The notes beneath the pieces are model-generated. The model did not search any database, had not been told where the DNA came from, and was given only the letters and a program-made list of their open reading frames with translations. From IMG/VR virus record IMGVR_UViG_3300028196_001171: a DNA stretch of 55,066 nt; one strand, 5' to 3'. The DNA comes from an uncultured virus (IMG/VR IMGVR_UViG_3300028196_001171). Lineage: Duplodnaviria > Heunggongvirae > Uroviricota > Caudoviricetes. Below are positions 22,001 to 31,000 of the stretch, one piece after another. The position numbers and the translations under genes were made by a program. Within the stretch, counting starts at the first letter, position 1. Each line of letters begins with the position of its first letter.

Positions 22001-25000
22001 TTAGCTGAAGTAGATATTCTAATGGAAGAAAGCTTTGCAAGAGAATTTTTACAAGATGAAATAAGTTTAGAGGATTTACTTCAAGGAGTAAATGAAGGTA
22101 AGCTTATACAAAACGGCAGACGTTTAAATCCAAATGTTATAAAAGATGCTGAGTCATTAGCAAAAGCAGTAGCAATAATTAAAAATTACATTGGTGTAAA
22201 AGTTCAACAAGAAAGAAAGAGTGAAGTATCTGATGAAGCTGTGGCAAATGCAGAAATATTAGATATTGAAGAAACACTACAACAAGCTGGAATAGATGTT
22301 GAGGTAGATGAACAAGTTGATTCAAACATCTTAAATGAAATACTTAAACAGCAGTATCTAAAATACAGAGCTAATGACAAGTCCTCAGACCCATTAGATT
22401 TTTCACAATGGTCAGCAACAAACGAGGCTCTTAAAATTAAAAAAGCTTTTATTGCTATAAAGAGAGTATGGGCAAAAGGTTATTCAACTACAGTTGAAGA
22501 ATATGGCAATTTAGTTGAAAGGTCAAGAATACCATCTGCAGGAGATATAGATGAAGAAAAAGGTTTCCAAGAGTATCTAGATAGTAGAGAAGCTATTGAA
22601 AATCCTATTATAGAAGATATATTAAAACAGCTAGATTTATCTTATGATATTTTTACAAACAGGAATATCAATAAGAAAAGTAATTTAAAAGCCATTAAGG
22701 GTGGTGATGGAGTTAATTTCAGAGTTATATCAATAGATGTAGCTGATGAAGATCAAAAATTATATAAAATAATAAACAACAATGGATCAGATTTATCAGC
22801 AGTACAATTAGATGCAATATCTGGTCAAGGTGTTTACAACAATGCTAGAGCAGCTTTAGATCAGTTTACTATACTAGAAGAAGAATATTCAGATGGTTCT
22901 ACGTTTAAGTTTGATGGCCTTACACTTATAAGAGGTCAATTTGTATATGATAAAGTTACAGGAGAAGAATTTAGAGTTGCAGTAAATAGACCTTTAGGAG
23001 ATAACATTCAGTTAGTTACTCCAGAAGATTATGGTAAACCTTATGCTGACAGAAAACAAAAAGCAATAACAGAGTCTGAATTAGATTTTAGTGAGCGTTA
23101 CTATGATGAAAAACTTATTGTTGATAAAGTTCCTGATGGTACTGCTAAGATAACAGCAGATAACATTGCTAATATTTATGTAAGAGAAAACGCAGGTGAA
23201 TCAAAGGAAAGTGCTGAAAAACGTTTAAGCTGGATTATAAACAACCTAACTGATAATGTTTATAATAATTTAGTAATTGATGTAAAACCTAATCCTAATA
23301 AAGCAGCAACACAATTTAGCTATGGTGGTGTAGCTCAACCAAATAAATACATACTTACAAAAGGGGAACCTTATAATATACAGATAAGAATTAAAGATGA
23401 GCTTACTCTTCTTGAAGTTAACCAAAAATTACAAGCCGTAGGGTTGCAACCTATTAGTGATAAGAATAATGGCATTATAGGTAACATTGCAAATAGTTCT
23501 TATATATATAAAGTGGGTGTAAATGAATTCACACCTTCTACAATGTCTACAGATCTGGCTAAAAATATATTTAATGTAGATACATCTAAAACAACAATTG
23601 AACAAGAGCTTGCAAAAGCAATTGATTCTACAACTAGAAAAGATGTTTTAGTAAACTTCTTAAATAAACAATACGCTTCAGGTATAACTGAAATTACTTT
23701 TGAAAGTTTGAAGGAGAATGGTTTTTCAATTGTAAGAGAAGATGGTTACCCTGATTATAATACAGACAACCCATTAACAGTATTAAGTGACTTTTATAAA
23801 GCAGGTCTTTCTTCAGATGGAAAAGGTGGTATTCTTATTTATGATATTACTAGAGATAAGAATGGAGAATCCGTTGGTGAACCAGAAGTAATAAGCAATC
23901 TAATAGATGATGAACTTAAAGTATTAGAAAAAGAAGCTAAGGAAGGTTTACAAAATGGCTTGTGGAGTAAAATGCTAGGTCCTAACACTTTAGGTTATAC
24001 TGAAAGATATCAGTATGTTATTAAACAACCTAATGGAGTTTATACATTAGCAACTGCTAAGACTATTGGTCAAGACAAAACCATTATTAGCCAGTTTGTA
24101 ACTGGAATGATGGATAAGGTTATTGAACTGAAGGAAGGAAATAAAGAAAAAAATATAAAGCCTTCAATTAATGAAAAAGGAAATTATATTAATGGTCAGA
24201 CACAACAAACTGTTGGTCAAGAAATTGATGTATTTAATCTAGAAAATAATAAGAGTATCAGGATAGCAATGGTTCCTGGATTTGATGTTACTATTAATGT
24301 TGCACCCTTTGGAAAAATACGTGCAGTAGTAGAAAAAAATAGAAGTAAAATAACAACTACATATCTAGAGCTTTCAGAAATTAAAGCTTCATCAGATCCT
24401 TTGAAGCAACTGAATGACTTATTGAAAAAGATTAATGCTGACTTAGATGTTGCTGGTTATGATACTGTAAATATTTCTTTGAATCAATTTACAACATCAT
24501 TATCATTAAACGCTGATGTACAAACTACATTAGAATCCCTTGGTACAAAGCTTAGTCCTAGAGTCAGACGTAACTCTAAATTAAATTTTGAAACTACAAG
24601 TGCTGCTAATCAAGCAAGCTTTGATAAAGATGTAAATTTATCTGCAGAAGATAACACTAATAAAATACTCAATCTAGGAGATAAGATTACTACAAACGCA
24701 GTCTTTACTGAAACACTGGCATTCACTGATGCAGAAGGAAACCCTATTCCTGTTGGGGAAGAAAAAACGGCAACGTCAACAGATGGCTCTATAGACTTAG
24801 CATCTATAACACAGAGCCCATTAGATCAACTTAATGTAAAATTAAAAGAAATAGAAGACACCACTAAAAAAGAAGTGGGTGCTAGAGGATTAACAAAAGC
24901 ATTAAGAAATGACCCGGTATATCAAAAACTTAAACAAGCTAGAGATAAGCTGATTTCAAATAAAGTAGTTACAAATTTTACAGCAGAGGATGTACAATCT

Positions 25001-28000
25001 TTAAATGACTTCACTGTATGGGCACAAAATAACTTACCTGATTCTATTACTCTTGCTGATATAAATGTATTAGGAAGTAATCTTTTAAAAGGTGGTGTAA
25101 GAGTAGGTGGCTTTGCATTGAACATGAATGCATTGGCAGGAAATCTTAAAATAGGTGGAACAATATATACTGGTGCAAGTAACCCATTTAAATACCATGA
25201 GGCATTTCACGCAGTATACAGATTGTTATTAACACCAGAAGAACAAGTTAAGTTAAGAGCAATTGCTAGAAAAGAAGTAAGATCTAAGCTAAGAAAAGAA
25301 AATAAATCATTTACTAAAGAATTACAGAAATTTAAAAATACATCTGAGCAATATGATAATCTAAGTCTAAAAGAATTACAAAATCTTTTCTATGAAGAAT
25401 ATATGGCGGATGAGTTTAATAAATTTAAATTAAACCCAAGAGATACAAATACAGATTCTGTTGTTAAGTCATGGTTTACAAAACTTCTTGATTGGATAAA
25501 AGGTATATTCTCTAAGTATACTAAAACTCAATTGCAAAGTTTATATGAAAATATAGACTCTGGTAGATACGCACAGGCTGAATCAGTATCAAATGAATTT
25601 ACAGATAACTATAGCAATGAGATAGTAATAGCAAATGCTGTTATTCCATATGAGCAAGTACAAGTAGGAACAAGTAAAGGACAACTGTTTTTGGATAGTA
25701 GTGTAGCTAATAATATAGTTTTAACTATGGCGGCTACATTTGTAGAGAGACAGCAACAAGACCCTAAAGTCTCTAGAGAAGATAGAATGTCAGAAATATT
25801 AGATGACTTTGAGTGGTTGTATAGTGTTGACAATCCATCTAATCAAAGCAATATGAATGATGGTGAAAGATCTAAACTGTTACAAAAAATTACAGATTCT
25901 TTTATATACTCTAATAGTTATGAAGACCTAACTGAGTCACCTTATTATAAAGCTGCTTTTGATGTTTTGGATACAATAGACTTCCAAAAAGCAGAAGAGG
26001 TTGAGGAAGCAGATAGCCTTGAACAAGATCAAGGTCTAAGAAATGTAACTCAGTATGGTAAAGAAGCATACCTTAATGGAAGCTTTAGCTCATTATCATC
26101 TTACTTTAGAAAGTATTTAGCTACAATAACAAGAGCTGAGTCAGATATATTTGGTAACACAACTATAACAAGAAAAGATAATAGAGAAGAAAAGTTGATT
26201 GTACCTATAAATGTATATAATACTTACAACGGTATTATGAAAGCTATGGAGGGTAGAACTGAACCCATGGAAATTGTTCAGTCTTTAGCTTTATTTTCTA
26301 CGTCAAATCCAGATACAAAAGCAGCAGTTAACAAGATATTTACTGACTTAGGTATAACTATGGGTGAGTCAGTATCAGATATGGTGTTACCTACCAAGAT
26401 TAAGAATAGTATTTTGTTTAATCAGCTTAAAGCATTTAGCAATTTTAAAGTTGAATGGTTATTTCAAAAGACAGACAATAACGGAAGTTTAATTACTTTC
26501 TCTGCTGCAGAAAGAGATGATGCAAATACACAGTTGTCTTTATGGAGTCAAGCTTACACTTCATTATTACAAGAGTGGAAGATAAAACCAAAAGAAAGAA
26601 ACTCTGCAGTAAAATCAGTAAGTAGTCTTAGACAAGTATTATTAAGTGGTAAAAAGTTTAATGACCAGAAATTAGATGACTCAAGTAAAAATGCAGCTAA
26701 ACAAATATTTGATAATACAGGTATAAGTTTATCACCACAATATATAAAATTTAGCATACTAAAGTCTAATGGTACAAATGAAAAACATCCTGATCAAGAA
26801 TTACTTTTATCATTAAACACAAATGCAGAACCAATTACAGCTGAGCAACTTTATTTTATATCTGAGATTATAAAAAGCAAAGAGACAGCTCATGAACTAT
26901 ATAGTGATGAGAAAGGTGCAGCAGGTAGACTAAAGTCCATGGCAGTTAACAATGCCATATTTGATGAGAGTATTGGTTTATCCGTATTTAAAAATGTAAA
27001 TGGTGATTTAGTGAATGCTCATCAGAAGCCTACATATCATTTGAAAAGAATAAAGGAATTAAATTATCCGGCAAAATTACAAGAGTTATCAGAAAAAGAA
27101 TACTTATCAAATAATTATCTTTTAAATAATGATAAGTTTAAAGCAATGTCTGATGCTAATATGCTATCAGTACAAAGAGTATCTGGTGTTGCAGAAGTTA
27201 AAACATTAGATAGAGATGTTGATTATGATCAATATATCAGTGGAGTGTTGAATACAACAGAGTATGGAAGCTTTACAGCCGGTCAGTTTATGGCAAATTT
27301 AATTAACAACTATACATTAGACTTTAATCCAAAAACAAATAAGCTTAAAAAGTCTGTTGTAGTAAACCAAGAAACTGGTTTAGTTGAACAAATAGCCACC
27401 TCTCCTATTCAGATAAGAATTCTAGAGTCATCTAATACTAATGATATGACAACACTACCAGTTACAATTGCAGTATCTGGTAAAAATGCAGATATAACAG
27501 ACACCATAATAGATGCATCATTTGATTTTGTAAAAAATGAGTATGATAGAATTGTTAGAGAACAGGGTGAAAACAGAACAAAAGATTCATACAAAGGATA
27601 TGATGATAGAAAACTTAGTTTTGTAAATAATTCAGATTTAATTTCTGAAGAGTTAAGGAAATCTTTAGAGGTTTCTGCTCAACAAAAAGTTGGAGAAACT
27701 CTTGAAAAGCATCTTACTTTTAAAGAAGCATTAAAAAATAATGAATTATCAGAAAAACAATTTAAAGATCAGTTAAGAAACAATTTAGAAATTAAGTATA
27801 AAAGATTTAAGTCTTTATATGATACTCTTAAAATAGATAATAAAATATCTAATGAAATAAAATCTGGTATAGTTCAAGACAGAACTGGTGTAGATAGAGC
27901 AAATGCTGTAGCTGCTGCAGAAAAACTAAACTTAAGAAAAGATTTAGATTATAACTTAAGACAGATATTTTTCAATGATTATATAAATACAAAATCTATA

Positions 28001-31000
28001 AATGAACTTCTTCTTGGTGATCAAGCATTAATACTTAAAGACTCTGTTGATAAGATTAAAAGAGCTAAGGGTCAGAATGCAGCATTTGATAATGTATATA
28101 CTAATATGGTTGATACCAATTTAGGTGTTGATACCATGACTGAAAACATATCAGTGTTAACATTTGATGATCCTATTTTAAACTCTTGGTTTACTGGTCA
28201 AGGTATTGAAAGAGCAGATGCACAGGTTTATTTAACTACTAAAGCATTTAGAAACTTTTGGTTTGGTTTAGGTAAATTAACTAAGTCACAAGCTGATGTT
28301 ATAACTAAAATAGAACGAGGAGAAAGAATTACATCAAGTGATATCTTTGATGAAGGAGGGTTAATACAAACAGACGGGATGTTAAACTCTAAAAAGTTTG
28401 TTCATTTTGACGGTGAGCAGTTTATTAAAATGTCTGCTTTTGTTTTATCACCCTCATTTACATCTATAGATACAGGAAAGAAAGATAATGACGGTAATGT
28501 TATTTGGGAAGAAAACCCGTTAAGACCAGAGCTTCACAAACTAAGAGAAGATCTTGAGACTATTCAAAGAAATACAGGTAATGTAGCAATTGCAACACCT
28601 GTAAGTGCACAGAAAATGGCTAAGAAAAATGTACAGCTTTTAGATGAAAGTATATCAGAGCCATCTTCTATAATAAGTGCTAAAGATTTTGGATTACAAG
28701 TTGTAAATCCAAGTAATAAAAATTCTGTTACTGAAGTAAGTCAAATAAAACTATTAGCTACAAATGAGCAAGAGGATTCTCAACAGGTAAACATACCGGG
28801 TTATCCAGCTCTTACTAATATAAAGAAAGTTAAAGCATTCTATAATGATGCATTGAAGAAAAGAGTTGTTCTTAAATTTAAAAATAAAAGAAATTTAGTA
28901 TTTACTTTTGATGGAGTTATGTCAGAGTTTAATGTAAGTAAAGAAAGAAACAATCTTACACCCGACCTTGCATCATTCTTAAGTTATGCAATCAATTCTT
29001 TAAAAGCATCTAAATCTAGTAGTAATGTTATTGAGTTTTTTAGTATTGATCCTGTATCAGGACAACCTAAGTTTGACTTTAACAATCCATTGGCTATTGC
29101 AAAAGCAGAACAGTTATTTTTAAGTTACTTTACCAAAGGGGTGTTCCAGGAAAAAATACCAGGTCATGGTTTGGCTTTGGTTTCTGACTTTGGAAATAAT
29201 ATATATAGAAGAGTATTTAGTGTTGAAGAAATAAAAGATGAAGCAGGTAATAGTAAATTCTTACCTCTTAGACATGAAGTAATAAGAGAATCTGATGCAG
29301 TTAGAATGAAAGCTTTAGACGTTAAGCAATTCTCTATGGCTGAGTTAGCCCAAAAACAAATACCTAAAGAAGGTATAGTTGTAATAGATAGACTTAGATA
29401 TGGTCTACAAGAGTTTGATGATAAAGGTAGATCAACAAAACAACGTTATTCAGAAAGTATGATGCCTGCTCACTTCAAAGATGTATTTGAAAAGGTTGCA
29501 GAAAAAGGTGGTGCTATACCAGAGATGATTGCAAAAATGTTTGCTGTGCGTATACCATCACAAGATAATCATTCTACAATGAATATAAAACTTGTAGATT
29601 TTATGCCTGTTTATTATGGTTCTTCAGCAATGTTTGCAGCTGAACTTGTGGAAGTATCAGGTGCGGATTTTGATATTGACAAAGTATATACTCAAATATT
29701 AGAATACTATTATTCAAAAGAAGAGAAGAAGTTTTTCCAATATGGTGCTACACAAGGTAGACAGTATAAGGATTATGTTGAATATATTAATACAAAAGTT
29801 AAACAAGACACAATCTATGCTGAAGCATTAAAGTCTTTTAAAGTTCAAGGTTCAAGATTGGAGGACAGCTATGATGATAATTTTATTATAGATCAAATGT
29901 TTACTGATGATGCGCTAAAGGCTGTAACAAGACTAGGGCTTCCTGTAACCAAAGCTCAGTATCAAAAATATAAAGAAGAATATGGTGAGCCATATGAAGC
30001 ACCAATTAATAATGCAGTGCTTAATATGAGATATGCACTTATGGGTAATGAGGCAGTACAAGATATTTCTTATACCCCGGCTACACTAGATGCAGTAAAA
30101 GAAGCATATGCAAGTTTAGAAAAATTTGCACCAGGCTACACTCAATCTATGAATGGTTCTGAGGTTGATGTAGATGATATCAATGGTAAAGTAATATCAT
30201 TTATTAATAATAAAGGTGCAGCAATTGGTAGAGCTGTATCTCCAAACTTAGCCATTAGTTTATTAAGTGAGTATAAGATAAAGTTACCTGGAGAGTTACA
30301 GTTTAGTATTCTGAATAAACCATATACTGGATTTGACACAGCTACTACTACTGAAGGTAAAAGAAAGCAGGATACTATATCTGCTATAATAACAATGCTT
30401 ACTGATAACTCTAAAGAGAACTTTATGTCAAAGCTTGGTATGCACAAACAAGCAGTACCAAGAGCTGTAACAATGGTTGCTTTAGGAATTCCGTTGTCTG
30501 ACGCAATACTTATATTAAATTCAAAAATAGCCAGAGATCTATTTGAACAAGCATCTAATAAAATACAGAAGTTTGATGCAGGGTTTAAAGGTCTTGTTAA
30601 TCAGGAGCTAGCATTTAAGCAGGGTCAAATAAAAGATGGAAAAATATTAGGTATAGATTTATCTACAGGAATAAAAACTAGAGAAGATCTTGGTGGTTTA
30701 GTTGAAGGTGGTGGTTCTTTTAAACAAGAGCTAGAACTGCTAGAAATTTTATCTACAGTAAATACTATAAATGAATTTATTGGTAATATGAATTCATTAA
30801 CTGGTATATCAGGTAGTGCAGGACTAGGTAAAAACTTTGCTGACATAGCATCAATAAAAAAAGATCTACAGAAAATAGGTGCAATAGAAAAAATTGGAGA
30901 AAATCCAGTAATTGATATATCCCGTATTTTGGAAAATAGTTTTGTAAAACAAAATTTAGATATCTTTAATGAGATAACAAATGAGCTTTTACCACAAGTA